A stretch of 64,000 nucleotides of DNA from Chiloscyllium plagiosum (Eukaryota): positions 3,297,822 to 3,361,821 of the forward strand of contig NC_057710.1 in assembly GCF_004010195.1 (NCBI RefSeq). Reading direction: 5' to 3'. The translations under genes and the position numbers were made by a program. Below the pieces are notes generated by a model. The model saw only the letters and a program-made list of their open reading frames with translations, made no database searches and was not told the DNA's origin. Every line of letters starts with the position of its first letter. Position 1 is the first letter of the stretch. Shown here one piece after another: positions 35,481-49,199 of this stretch.

Positions 35481-38130
35481 CTCTCATTCCACACTGGGTC
35501 ACTGCTCTCACTCAACACTGGGCCACTGCCCTCGCTCCACACTGGGTCACTGCTCTCACTCCACACTGGGCCACTGATCTCACTCCTCACTGGGCCACTG
35601 ATCTCACTCCTCACTGGGCCACTGCTCTCACTCCACACTGGGCCACTGCTCTCGCTCGTCACTGGGCCACTGATCTCACTCCTCACTGGGCCACTGCTCT
35701 CACTCCACACTGGGCCTCTGCTCTCACACCGCACTGGGCCACTGCTCTCGCTCGTCACTGGGCCACTGCTCTCACTCCACACTGGGTCACTGCTCTCACT
35801 CTGAACTGGGCCACTGCCCACGATCGGCACTGGGCCGCTGCTCTCATTCCAAACTGGGCCAGTGCCCTCGCTTCACACTGGGCCACTGCCCTCACTCCAC
35901 ACTGGGCCAGTGACCTCACACAGCACTGGGCCAGTGCTCTCACTCTGCATTGGGCCACTGCTCTCACTCCACACTGGCCACAGCCCTCGCTCCACACTGG
36001 GCCACTGCCCTCACTCCGCACTGGCCCAGTGTCCTCAATCCACAGTGGGCCACTGCCCTTGTTCAACACTGGGCCACTGCTCTCACTCCACACTGGGCAA
36101 CTGCACTCGCTCCAAACTGGGCCACTGCCCTCACTCCACACTGGGCCACTGCCCTCACTCCACACTGGGCCAGTGCTCTCACTCCGTATTGGGCCATGGC
36201 CTTCGCTCAACACTGGGCCACTGCTGTCATTCCACACTGGGCCACTGCTCTCACTCCACACTGGGTCACTGCTCTCACTCCGCACTGTGCCAGTGCTCTC
36301 ACTCCACACTGGGCCACTGCTCTCACTCCACACTGGGCCACTGCCCTCACTCCACACTGGGTCACTGCTCTCACTCCACACTGGGCCACTGCTCCCACTC
36401 CACACTGGGCCACTGCTCTCACTCCACACTGGGCCACTGCTCTCACTCCGCACTGGGCTACTGCTCGCTCGTCACTGGGCCACTGCTCTCACTCCACACT
36501 GGGCTTCTGCCCTCACTCCGCACTGGGCCACTGCTCTCACTCCACACTGGGCCACTGCTCTCACTCCACACTGGGCCACTGCTCTCACTCCACACTGGGC
36601 CACTGCTCTCACTCCACACTGGGCCACTGCTCTCACTCCGCACTGGGCCATTGCTCTCACTCAACACTGGGCCACTGCCCTCACTCCACACTGGTCTTCT
36701 GCCCAAACTCCGCACTGGGCCACTGCTCTCACTCCACACTGGGCCACTGCTCTCACTCCACACTGGGTCACTGCCCTCACTCCACACTGGGCCACTGCTC
36801 TCACTCCGCACTGGGCCTCTGCTCTCACTCCACACTGGGCCACTGCTCTCACTCCACACTGGGCCACTGCTCTCACTCCACACTGGGTCATGGCCCTCAC
36901 TCCATACTGGGTCACTGCTCTCACTCCACACTGGGCCATGGCCCTCACTCCACACTGGGTCACTGCCCTCATTCCACACTGTGTCACTGCTCTCACTCCG
37001 CACTGGGCTTCTGCCTTCACTCCACACTGGGCCAGTGCTCTTATTCCGTATTGGGCCACTGCCCTCACTCTACACTGGGCTACTTTCCTCGCTCCACACT
37101 GGGCCCCTGCCTTCGCTCCACTTTGGGCCACTGCTCTCACTCCACACTGGGTCACTGCTCTCACTCCATACTGGGCCACTGCTCTCACTCTGCACTGGGC
37201 CACTGCTCTCACTCAACACTGGGCCACTGCTCTCGCTCGTCACTGGGCCACTGATCTCACTCCACACTGGGCTACTGCTCTCACTCCACACTGGGCCACT
37301 GCTCTCACTACACACTGGGCCATTGCTCTCACTCAACACTGGGCCACTGCTCTCACTCCACACTGGGCCACTGCTCTCACTCCACACTGGGCCATTGCTC
37401 TCACTCCACACTGGGTTACTGCCCTCACTCCACACTGGGCCACTGCTCTCACTCCACACTGGGCCTCTGCTCTCACTCTGCACTGGGCCATTGCTCTCAC
37501 TCCACACTGGGCCACTGCTCTCACTCCACACTGGGCCACTGCTCTCACTCAACACTGGGCCACTGCTCTCACTCCACACTGGGCCACTGCTCTCACTCCA
37601 CACTGGGCCACTGCTCTCACTCCACACTGGGCCACTGCTCTCACTCCACACTGGGTCATGGCCCTCACTCCATACTGGGTCACTGCTCTCACTCCACACT
37701 GGGCCATGGCCCTCACTCCACACTGGGTCACTGCCCTCATTCCACACTGTGTCACTGCTCTCACTCCGCACTGGGCTTCTGCCTTCACTCCACACTGGGC
37801 CAGTGCTCTTATTCCGTATTGGGCCACTGCCCTCACTCTACACTGGGCTACTTTCCTCTCTCCACACTGGGCCCCTGCCTTCGCTCCACTTTGGGCCACT
37901 GCCCTCACTCCACACTGGGTAAAAGCCCTCATTCCACACTGGGCCACAGCTGTTGTTCCGCACTAGGCCACTGCTCTCACTCCGAACTGAGCCAGTGCCC
38001 TCGCACCACTGCCCTCGCTCTGCACTGGGCTGCTGCCCTTGCTCCAGAGTGGGCCACTGACCTCGCTCCGCACTAGGCCACCGCTCTCACTGCGCACTGG
38101 GCCAGTGCTCTCGCTCCAGACTGGGCCACA
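35481..38130. repeat. 24-bp minisatellite, >100 copies, open at the gap
   Basis: Unit gggccactgctctcactccacact; a variant block is repeated at a 768-nt offset (36885 and 37653). Confidence 0.97.
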
Positions 38131-38799
38131 GCTTTCGCTCTGCCAAGCTCCACCTCAGGTTGCCAACCAAGTTCGCACATTACACCACTCGCCCTGCTCT
38201 GCATCAGGCCACTACCCCTCCCTCCCACACCGGGCCACAAACCCCAGCTCCCATACCGGCCCACAGCGAGCCGCTGGTGTCCATCTCCATGCAGTTGACC
38301 TCGCTTTGGAGGTCAGAGTTGGATTTCCAAGACTGAGAGTCTGAGAAGACAGAAAAGCAGAAGAAAATACAGAAGGAAGGAAAAGACGGGGGTGGGAAGA
38401 AAAAGAACAGGTGGAGGGGACAAGCTCTGGAAGTCCTACTTCCACTATTTTTACCAGAAGATTTATCCAAATTCAGACTTTTCTACTTCTCTAGCACCTT
38501 CTCCTTCGCTAATCTGCCACCTGACCCTCTTTAAGTTTTGGCATGTTACTGTGATCTTCCTTTGTGATTGACAGAATTATTCATTCCTCCACTATTTCTT
38601 TGTTCCCCATTGCTATTTCTCCAACCTCATTTTGCAGTGGTCCATCGACCACTCTTGTCGCTCTTTGACTGTGAGTATGAATAAATAAGCTGTTGCAATC
38701 TTCTTTGTGTTATGAACCACTTGGTTGTAGAAGGGGGTAGGTGAGTAGCTGTGATCAGGGACAAGGTGGAGCACACTCTGTTGAGTTGAGAATGGGGGA

Positions 38800-39162
38800 G
38801 GGGTGGGTCACTCTTGCCCGTCTCAAAGATGGCGGCGCCCACGCTCAATCCGTCATCGCAGCGGAGCGGACATGCCCGGCCGCCAGGATGGGTGGACTTC
38901 GGGTTTCCGGTTCCGGCCGGGAGGCTTGTTGTGAGGCGCGGGGCCTAAGGGAGAGCCCGAGGCGGATTGGCGAGTTAGGCCCCGGCCTCTGGGGCCTGCA
39001 CCCGCCGCGGAGGACTCCGCCTCGCTTTGCTCATTTCACCAAATCGAGTGGCCGACATGAGCGGCAGTGGCGGCGGTTACATCGACCCGATCTGGTGGCG
39101 GGAGAATGGTGAGGGCACCGGGGAGGGGAGGGGAGGGGCGGTCTGGATGGGGGGGGTGGGGG
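38800..39162. promoter_or_regulatory. CpG-island bidirectional promoter between ALMS1 and TTC31
   Basis: Only CpG-dense stretch in the window; YY1-type AAGATGGCGGC near 38826, tandem ETS-type TTCCGG near 38904-38916, GC boxes; sits between two divergent genes. Confidence 0.75.
39057..39108 (+). CDS. TTC31: TTC31 candidate first coding exon (MSGSGGGYIDPIWWREN)
   Basis: ATG inside the CpG island, G|gtgagg donor in phase 1, compatible with exon 55848. Confidence 0.65.
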
Positions 39163-39933
39163 NNNNNNNNNNNNNNNNNNNNNNNNNNNNNNNNNNNNNN
39201 NNNNNNNNNNNNNNNNNNNNNNNNNNNNNNNNNNNNNNNNNNNNNNNNNNNNNNNNNNNNNNNNNNNNNNNNNNNNNNNNNNNNNNNNNNNNNNNNNNNN
39301 NNNNNNNNNNNNNNNNNNNNNNNNNNNNNNNNNNNNNNNNNNNNNNNNNNNNNNNNNNNNNNNNNNNNNNNNNNNNNNNNNNNNNNNNNNNNNNNNNNNN
39401 NNNNNNNNNNNNNNNNNNNNNNNNNNNNNNNNNNNNNNNNNNNNNNNNNNNNNNNNNNNNNNNNNNNNNNNNNNNNNNNNNNNNNNNNNNNNNNNNNNNN
39501 NNNNNNNNNNNNNNNNNNNNNNNNNNNNNNNNNNNNNNNNNNNNNNNNNNNNNNNNNNNNNNNNNNNNNNNNNNNNNNNNNNNNNNNNNNNNNNNNNNNN
39601 NNNNNNNNNNNNNNNNNNNNNNNNNNNNNNNNNNNNNNNNNNNNNNNNNNNNNNNNNNNNNNNNNNNNNNNNNNNNNNNNNNNNNNNNNNNNNNNNNNNN
39701 NNNNNNNNNNNNNNNNNNNNNNNNNNNNNNNNNNNNNNNNNNNNNNNNNNNNNNNNNNNNNNNNNNNNNNNNNNNNNNNNNNNNNNNNNNNNNNNNNNNN
39801 NNNNNNNNNNNNNNNNNNNNNNNNNNNNNNNNNNNNNNNNNNNNNNNNNNNNNNNNNNNNNNNNNNNNNNNNNNNNNNNNNNNNNNNNNNNNNNNNNNNN
39901 NNNNNNNNNNNNNNNNNNNNNNNNNNNNNNNNN
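39163..39933. other. Assembly gap
   Basis: N run following a G-rich tract. Confidence 0.98.
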
Positions 39934-40984
39934 GACAGACTAGATGGGAGGGTGAGGGGGAATGACAGTGAGCGGTGGGGACTGAGACTGGGATAGAAGA
40001 GGGAGACAAAGGAGCAGGAAAGTGAGAGGTGGATTTGGAGGTGGGGCTGGGAAGAGAGGAGGTTGATGAGTTGAGGGTAAAAGAATGAGATTGAAGAGTG
40101 AGATGGAGGGGAGAAGTTGCAGGAGATGTAAACCATTAACCTGTAGCAGGGAGAGGTGGAATTTGGAGTGTGTCCAAGCCATCAAAAGAAACAATGCCTT
40201 GGTTGAGGTATGTGATGAGTGGCAATGCTAGTAGTGGGGTGGTGGGTAGGAGAATGGAGAGAGGGCAAGAGAATTGGAAGTGATGGCGGTTGGTTGTGCA
40301 TGTTGGGAGAATTGATCACTATTCTTGGAAGATAGTGAGATAATTTATAGGAAAACGCAAGGAATTATTAGAGTTGATAAGTGCAAATGTGAAGGCAGGT
40401 AATGGACCAAATTGCATGAATCCTTGAATCTGATGGGATGCACATTGTAGCTTAGACACAATATAGCAGAAGGTGCAACCAGTGTTTCAAACCTCTTCCG
40501 ATCTAACAGTCGTGTGGAACTCGTGAATGGGCGAGCAAGCACACGAGCTTCAGAGGGGAGACGGAGTAAAGAGGTGAACTTGGATGATAGAGACTTCATC
40601 CAGTGGTTACCAAGCACTAGATTGTAGGGAGGGTTCAGTGTGCAGTTCTGGTCACCAAATTACTGATTGTTGAGACTAAAGAGAATACAGAGGAGAATAA
40701 TGAGATTGTTGTCAGGACTGAAGAATTTTAGTGATGAGCAAAGGTCTGAACGATTTTGTTTTTGCAATGAAGGAAGTTGAGGGGCGATTTCAAATTGCGC
40801 AACATTGTGGGGCCTGGATGGAAAGGATATGTTGAAATTAGCACAGGAAATAGAAGCACGAGGAGGCTGTTACAACCCTTTGAGCCTGCTCAATCAAAGC
40901 TCTGCCACTCACTACATCATAGCTGATCATCGTCTCCTGCTCCTCCTTATTCCCCATAGCTTTTAGTCTCCTTAGCCTGAAGAA

Positions 40985-41478
40985 TTTTGGGAAAGCAAAT
41001 CTTAGCAGGACTTATACACTTAATGGTAAGGTCCTAGGGAGTGTTGCTGAACAAAGAGACCTTAGAGTGCAGGTTCATACCTCCTTGAAAGTGGAGTCGC
41101 AGGTAGATAGGATAGTGAAGAAGGCGTTTGGTATGCTTTCCTTTATTGGTCAGAGTATTGAGTACAGGAGTTGGGAGGTCATGTTGCAGCTGTAAGAGGG
41201 CATAGGTTTAGGGTGAGAGAGGAAAGATATAAGAGAGACCTAAGGGGCAACTTTTTCACACAGAGGGCGGTACGTGTATGGAACGAACTGCCAGAGGAAG
41301 TGGTGGAGGCTGGTACAATTGCAACATTTAAGAGGCATTTGGATGGGTATATGAATAGGAAGGGTTTGGAGGGATATGGGCCGGGTGCTGGCAGGTGGGA
41401 CTAGATTGGGTTGGGATATCTGCTCTGCATGGACGGGTTGGACCGAAAGGTCTGTTTCTGTGTTGTACATCTCTGACT
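40985..41478 (+). mobile_element. CR1 3' fragment with internal deletion
   Basis: RDLRVQVH..AFGMLSFI joined directly to RGHRFRVR..WNELPEE. Confidence 0.9.
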
Positions 41479-44400
41479 AATTATACCCTATTCCAAGTAG
41501 ATAACCAGAGGGCATAGATTAAAAATTATTGAAAGAATGTTAGTGGTAGGGTTCTGGAACTTGAAGGGTGGTTGAAGCACTTCACCATCTTTTTTAAAAA
41601 GACGATTGTATACACCATCACCAAAATGCTGTACGTTTCTTTGTAGGCTGACACAGGTGCATTGGGCTGGATGGTCTTTCTATGTGAAACTTCAGAGCAG
41701 GAGCGTGATGTTCAGCCCCTCCAGCCTGTTCTGCTATTCTAGATCATGGCTGTCCATCTCACCTCAGCACCAAATCCATTGATGCCATATTTACTCTGTT
41801 TAAACTCAGTAACCAGACATTAGTTGGTCTGAAGTCAGCTGTGGGTAATCTCTTAGAACTCTATACATGGGATAGATTGAGGAGACCATTAGAAAAACCT
41901 GAATTACTCAGATGCAGCCAACGCAAACGTATCTGTTGAAGAGCAATCCTGTTTGAGTAATGGTGTATTGAAGCCAGATTAAAGAAAAAGCAATGCAATG
42001 GGTGTAACTTATTTGCATGTTCATCTCATTGAAGAAGCCTCGGCTCCTGAAGGGCTGTTAGAGAATCACTTTAAAAGGAAAAGGCTTGTAGTTATACAGC
42101 ACCTTTCATGGTTGTTTCACGATGGTTTACAGCAGTAAAATGACTTGACATTTCACCGTTTTTAAAAAAAGAACTCTCTGTCGGAGGCAGTCGTGTGTTC
42201 TGAACTAGATAGATCTGTTTTTGTGACGTTGATTGAGTGATAGGTGTTGGCCAGAACTGAATGAGAACTCCCCAGCTCCTCTTCAAAGTGAGCACATTAC
42301 TCTTCCAGTAATGCATTAACTGTCAGCCTTGATTTTGGAGGAGGACTTGAACTCAGAACATTCAGATTCATGCAACAGTGCTAGCCACTGAAGGACAACT
42401 GTCACGGGGGAGAGAGAAAAAACTATTTAAAAACAAACAATTGGTTAACACAGGAAGCAGAGACAAACGGGTGAAGCTATCTCAGCACAAATCCAACTTC
42501 CTTCAGAACCCACCGCTGACTGAAACATTGGTCATACTACCTGGTATCTGGTTAAATTTGATTTACATTTTGTGATTACAACTCAAAAGTGGTTTGAGAA
42601 CTGAGTGGTTGCTTGATGTCTAAAAGAATTGGAACTGACTGCAGTTGCTAGGTATTTTTTTGTGTGTGTGGCTGATTGGTTATAGCAAACAAAATCTCAA
42701 TCTGGAGTCCAGGATGGTTGTAGGCATGTTGTTGGAAGAGTTGGTTTAGAAGGACAAAAGCAGCAGATGTGTGGGAATACCATTCCCGACAAGTTCCCCT
42801 CTGAACCACTCCCCATCCTGACCTTTACTATGGAAGCAGACCCTTCGGTCGAATTAGTCTACGCCGACGATGTTCCCAAACCAAACTGTCCCACTTGCCT
42901 GTGCTTGGCCCATATCCCTCCAAACCATTCCTCAGTGTGACTGGTTCAAAGTCCTGGAATTCCCTTCCTAACAGCACTGTGGGAGACTCTGCAGGGGTTC
43001 CAGGAGGCAGCTTCCCAACACCACCACCACTTCCCAGGGAATTAGGGATGGCCAGTAAATACTAGTCCAGCCAATGATGCTCACATTTTGTGAATGACGG
43101 AATCTTTTAAAAAAAAAAAATCCATCTGGGCAAATGTGGTGTAATTTCAGGATTCCAATGTATTCGAACCATTTTTACAGCAGCTGACGATTCTGAAGTA
43201 TCTTATATGCGGGAGGAGTAAATGTTAAGGTTTTGAAAATTTCAAATGTCACTGTTATTTTGGTGTTAGCTGAGATCCATTACCAGAGACAATGACTGAG
43301 TACTTGAAAAATGTGAGCTCATCTGAGAGTCAGCATGTATTTGTAAAGGATATGCCATGTCTGACTAATGTCATTGAGTTTTGAGAGATTGGTGGCTTTG
43401 ATAGAGGAGTGGTTTTGAAGTAAAGAAGTACTTCCTGGATATGTGTGACAGTTTCTTCTCTGGAATCTATTTGCAAAGGTGAGATTGCAGAAGAATTGCA
43501 GTAACCTAATTGAAGCAGTAATTCTGGTTGGGATGTCGGAGGCAGTGGTATTCCAAACGCTTAATGGTTAATAATGATCCCGGTTACAATGCTGTAAACC
43601 ACATTTAAAGTTGTATGTTTGCCAAGTGGTGTCTGAGTTTTAGTTTCGTTTCTGTTCAATCTTTTCCATTTTAACCAGTGACTCAAAAACAACTGGCCGG
43701 TTTCATCTGAGCAGTGCTGAGACAAAATATTAATTCACAGAAGGTTTTTATTTTCTCTTGTTAAGTGCCTTTTATATAAAAGAAATAGTTCTTGAGTGTA
43801 ACTTATTTATCAGAATTCCAAGGCAGTGTTGGTGTCTTTTGTTTAAAGTTTCAAGACTCTATTCTTTCAGAAAAGGCAGTCTCACTCTCGACTAAAATCA
43901 GACCACAGTCGTGAAGTCCCTGGAGAACAGGCACTAATCTAATCGGGTAGATCGATTATTTAAGTATTATTTAAAGGAGGCAGCATGGGCTTTGAGACTT
44001 GTCAGGCTGGTAAAGGTTTGTTCCAGATTGCGCACTGGGTGGGAGGAAGTATTTTCCCCGTCTGTTTGCTTTGTATACTGTGCTGTGGAATGGTTGTCTC
44101 CATGCTCTGTCTCAGTGCTTACTGAGACATTGCATTCACGTTTCTGAGGAAGCATCAGATGAATACAATGCTACTGCTGTGGATGGATCAGAGGGACAGC
44201 GTTTCTTGAAAAGGTTGCAGTAAGCCACAATTGCTAAATCAGGTTCTTGAAAAGCAGTAATACCAAAGCGAAGTTTGGATATAGCTGGAGGTGTCTGATT
44301 AGCCTCTGTCGCTGCGTTTAAGCTGGTACCTGTCAGACATTTCGAAGTCAAGGGAGAACTGACTTTAAATTTTCAAATTAATTTGTGATATTAGCAGAAT

Positions 44401-45599
44401 ATTATTTAAATGGAAAGAGACTAGAGGAATGCTGAGGATCTGGGTTTCAGGTGAATTGCCAAAAGTTATGAAGAAATTAAGAATGCAACTGCAACGGTGA
44501 CGTATTAAGGGATTATGGAGTATAAAAGTAGAGAGGTCTTACTGAAACCATTGGTTAGACCACACTTGAAAAAAGGCGTAGTTATGTTTCTCTGCTTAAT
44601 GAGAGAGATTAATGAGAACAGTTCAGAGGAGGTTCACTCGGCTGATTGTGGGATGAAAGGATTGTCTCAATTAAGAGAATAGATTTTACACATTTAAGAG
44701 AACAAGTGGTTAATTTGTTCAAGGCATTATAAGATCCTGCGAGGTCTCGGCAGGCTGGATACGGAGAGAATATTCCCCCTTGTGTGGGAATCCAGAACTC
44801 TTGAGTGAGTTTCATGACCAGAGAATTCCATGACTGGGGAATTTTCTTCCCTCGGGAGCAGTGGAGGCAGTGTAATTAAGCATATTCCAGGATGGCGGAG
44901 ACAGGTTTTTGATCTCGCTCAGGACTGAGGCTTTGGAAGCCAGCAAGTGGAGTTCAGAGCCGAAGCAGATCAACCTTCATCCTATCAAATGGTACAATAA
45001 GCTGGAGGGCCTGAGTGGCCTCCTAATTTCTCATTTTCCCTGGAGAAACTCAGCAGTTTTGGTAGCATCTGTTGGGAGAAGAACAGAGTTAACGTTTTGA
45101 GTCTTGTGACTCTGTTTTCTCCAGATTTTGCCAGACCTGCTCAGTTTTTCCATCAGTTTCTGTTTTTGTTTGTTTCAGATCTCCAGCATCTGTAGTTCTT
45201 TGTTTTGTGCAAGTCTTGTGCATCATAAGAATGTGTAAATCTTCCCATTGTGACAGTGGAAGATGTCCTGAACAAGAGTTTTAAATTGTTGTGATCTTCA
45301 CCTTGTTGCTTTTGCAAGATACAAGAATATAATTTCACAGCTGCACCTCAGGAGAAGACCATGTAACTTCAAGTGAATATTTCAAGTCAGTATTACATAG
45401 AACAGTACAGCATAGTACAAGTCCTTTGACCCACGATGTTGTGCTGAGCATTTATCTTAATCTAAGATCAACCTAACCTGCGCACCCCTCAATTTACTGT
45501 CGTCCATGTGCTTGTCCAGCAGTCGCTTAATTCTGTCTCCAGTATTGGTAAGTTTTTATCCCTTGCCCCTTAGATGCTCAGCAACAGTAAATTTTGCTC

Positions 45600-48355
45600 C
45601 TGAGAGGCATTAAAGTGGATAAATCCCCAGGACCTGATAAGGTGTATCCTCGAAGCAAGGGAAGTGATTGCTGGGCCCCTTGCTGAAATATTTGGATCAT
45701 CAATAGTCACAATTGAGGTGCCTGAAGACTGAAGGTTGACAAGCAGGAGGCTGGAAGAACACAGCAAGCCTGGCAGCATCAGAAGGTGGAGAAGTCAACA
45801 TTTTGGGTGTAATCCTTCTTCAGAAGACTGGAGGTTAGCTAACACGGTGCCACTATTTAAGAAAGGTGGTAAGAAAAAGCCAGGGAACTATAGACCAGGG
45901 GGCAAGTTGTTGGAGGGAATCCTGAGGGGCAGGATTTGCATGCACTTGGAAAGGTAAGGACTGATTAAAGATAGTCAACATGACTTTGTGTATGGGAAAT
46001 CATGTCTGACTAACTTCATTGAGTTTTTTTTTGAAGAACTAACAAAGAGGAATAAAAGGATGATTAGGATAGGAATCGGGCCAGTTCAAAGACAGAAGTG
46101 GGAAGTTGAGTATGGACCCTGTGGAGATCGGAGAGGTGCTAAATGAACATTTCTCACCGGTGTTCGCTCAGAAAAAGGAGAATATTGTAGAGGAGAAGAA
46201 TGAGGGAAGAGATATTAGACTAGAAAGGATCGAGGTTAGTTGTGCACAGGTGTTATCTCGAGAAGGAGTGAAAATAGACAAGTTACCTGGGCCGGATGGG
46301 ATTTATCCGAGGATTCTCTGGGAAGCTAGGGAGGAGATAACCGAGCCTTTGTCAGTTGGAAGAATGTTACAGGTTGCAGGGGGACTTGGATAAACTGCAG
46401 AATTGGGCTGAGAGGCGGCAAATGGAGTTCAATGCAGCTAAATATGAGGTGATGCACTTTGGGAAGAATAACAGGAAGGCAGAATACTGGGTCAATGGAA
46501 AGATTCTTGGTAGTGTGGATGTGTAGAGGGATCTTGGAGTCCATGTACACAGATCCCTGAAAGTTGCCACCCAGGTTGATAGTGCTGTTAAGAAGGCATA
46601 CGGTGTATTAGGTTTCATTGGTAGAGGGATTGAGTTCCGGAGCCACAATATCATGCTGCAACTATATAAAATGCTGGTGCGGCCACACTTGGAATATTGT
46701 GCACAGTTGTGGTCCCCATATTTCGGGAAGGATGTGGAAGCATTGGAAAAGGTGCAGAGGAGATTTACCAGGATGTTGCCTAGTCTGGAGGGAAGGTCTT
46801 ATGAGGAAAGGCTGAGAGACTTGGGTCTGTTCTCATTGGAAAGAAGGCAGCTAAGGGGGGATTTGATAGAGACCTACAAGATGATCAGAGGATTAGATAG
46901 GGTAGACAGTGAAAGACTTTTTCCTCGGATGATGACGTCAGCTTGTACGAGGGGGCATAACTACAAATTGAGGGGTGATAGATTTAAGACAGATGTCAGA
47001 GGCAGGTTCTTTACTCAGAGAGTGGTGAGGGTGTGGAATGTCCTACCAGCTAATGTAGTCAACTCAGCCACATTAGGGAGATTTAAGCAATCCTTAGATA
47101 AGCACTTGGATGATTTTGGGATAGTGTAGGGGGACAAGCTGAGAATAGTTCACAGGTTGGTGCAACATTGAGGGCCGAAGAGCCTGTTCTGCGCTGTATT
47201 GTTCTATGTTCTAGGATTAATGAGCAGTGGTTTTGATCGATGTGGACTTCAGTAAGGCGTTTGACAATGTTCCTCATGGTAGACTGGTTAGCAACGTGAG
47301 ATCACACGGAATATGTGGAGAACTAGCCAATTGGTTATAGAACTAGATTGGAAGGTAGAAGACAGAGGTGGTGGTGGAGGATTGCTTTTCAGACTGAAGG
47401 CCTGTGACTAGTGGTGTGCCACAATGATCGATGTTGGGTCCACTACTTTTCATCATTTATATAAATGATTTGGATGTGAATATAGGAGGTATAATTAGTA
47501 AGTTTTCTGGTGACACTAAAATTAGAGGTGTAATGGACAGCGAAGAAGGTTACCTCAGATTATAACTGGATCTTGATCAGATGGGCCAATGGGCTGAGGA
47601 GTATCAGCTGGAGGACTTATACACTTAATGGTAAGGTCCTAGGGAGTGTTGCTGAACAAAGAGACCTTGGAGTGCAGGTTCATAGCTCCTTGAAAGTGGA
47701 GTCGCAGGTAGATAGGATAGTGATGAAGGCGTTTGGTATGCTTTCCTTTATTGGTCAGAGTATTGAGTACAGGAGTTGGGAGGTCATGTTGCGGCTGTAC
47801 AGGACATTGGTTAGGCCACTGTTGGAATATTGCGTGCAATTCTGGTCGTCTTCCTATAGGAAGGATGTTGTGAAACTTGAAAGGGTTCAGAAAAGATTTA
47901 CAAGGATGTTGCCAGGGTTGGAGGATTTGAGCTATGGGGAGAGGCCTAGGCTGTTTTCCCTGGAGTGTTGGAGGCTGAGGGGTGACCTTATAGAAGTTTA
48001 TAAAATCACGAGCATGGATAGGGTAAATAGGCAAAGTCTTTTCCCTGGGATCGGGAGTCCATAACTAGAGAGAGCATAGGTTTAGGGTGAGAGGGGAAAG
48101 ATTTAAAAGGGACCTGAGCAATTCTTTCATGCAGAGGTTTGGTGTGAGTATGGAATGAGCTGCCAGAGGAAGTGGTGGAGGCTGGTACAATTACAACATT
48201 TAAAAGGCATCTGGATGGGTATATGAATAGGAAGGGTTTGGAGGGATATGAGCCGGGTGCTGGCAAATGGGACTAGATTAGGTTGGGATATCTGGTCAGC
48301 ATGGATGAGTTGGACCGAAGGGTCTATTTCTGTGCTGTACATCTTTATGACTTTC
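45600..48355 (+). mobile_element. Nested CR1 LINEs (one subfamily at ~46050-47213 inside another), with a small Penelope-like insert at ~45738-45823
   Basis: Two independent RPHLEYC/RPLLEYC..WSP and 3'-tail sets; the outer RT sequence resumes at ~47214. Confidence 0.88.
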
Positions 48356-49199
48356 ATGAAGTGGACATGAGAATAAAAGTGTTTGTTTTTGCCTGTTTTA
48401 TCTATTTTAGATAGAGGCTCTAATGGACCCTGTCACCTTGTGAACTGTTGGTGGAAATGTGGTTAGACTGAAAGTGTTCCTGGCTCAACAATCTCAGAAA
48501 TGCTCTAATTCTTAGAGTCTTGTAGTTTGTACCTCATGTTAGAATGCCAAGCTGTCTGTAGCAGGGTAAATAATGAAAGTTTTTCCATTCCTTGTGAAGA
48601 GCTCTGTTTAATCACCATCTGGTGATGGATAATGCTTCCAATCTTAGGCAGTGTTAGCAAAGGGTTCAAGAGGCAAAGCTAATCCTGGATGGTCTGCTTG
48701 GATTTGAAGAGCAGAGCATAATGAGCTATTAACTTTTAGACTTTCAAATAATTTATAGAAAAAGAAAATGTGAGAGATTTTGGATGATTTTTAGTGAGAT
48801 ATCACGTGGCAGATTTTTATATGTATAACATTAATGGCAGCATTTGATAGTGTGGTGCAGTGGTAGTATCCCCAACTCTGAGCCAAGAGACCCAGGTTCA
48901 AGTTTGACCTGCTTCATGGGTGTGTAATAACCTCTCCGACCAGATTGATTTACAAAATGTCTTGAAGGCAATGACACTACGTGAATACAGAGCTGGCAAA
49001 GGGACATAGATGTTCTGGGCAATAAAAGCAAAATATTGCAGATGCCAGAGACCCAAAAGCAAAACAGTGTGATGGAGAAACTCAGCAGCACCCTTGCAAC
49101 ATCTGTGTAATGAGAATCAGAGTTAATATTCAGAGTCTGATGTGACTCTGATATTTCAGGGCTCCACTGCACATAATCTCCAAGACGGTTTGCAGTGGA

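Noticed and set aside
35862-37966. Long + strand ORFs of 434-686 aa (LLSLHTGP, HCSHSTLG and TALTPHWA repeats)
   Set aside because: By-product of a 24-bp unit that is stop-free in all three + frames; frames interchange at indels; no gene context.
35481-38130. CRISPR-like array
   Set aside because: Units are contiguous with no unique spacers, there are no cas genes, and the DNA is vertebrate.
39027-40136. ORFs spanning N runs (also 8349-8996, 34908-35830 and 50763-52017)
   Set aside because: Artefacts of translating through assembly gaps.
43871-43930. Possible TTC31 exon after ttctttcag
   Set aside because: Stop codon in the phase required by exon 1 and no convincing donor.
46653-48064. Intact reverse transcriptase gene or active LINE
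   Set aside because: Only truncated CR1 fragments with stops and internal deletions; no full ORF2 in the window.
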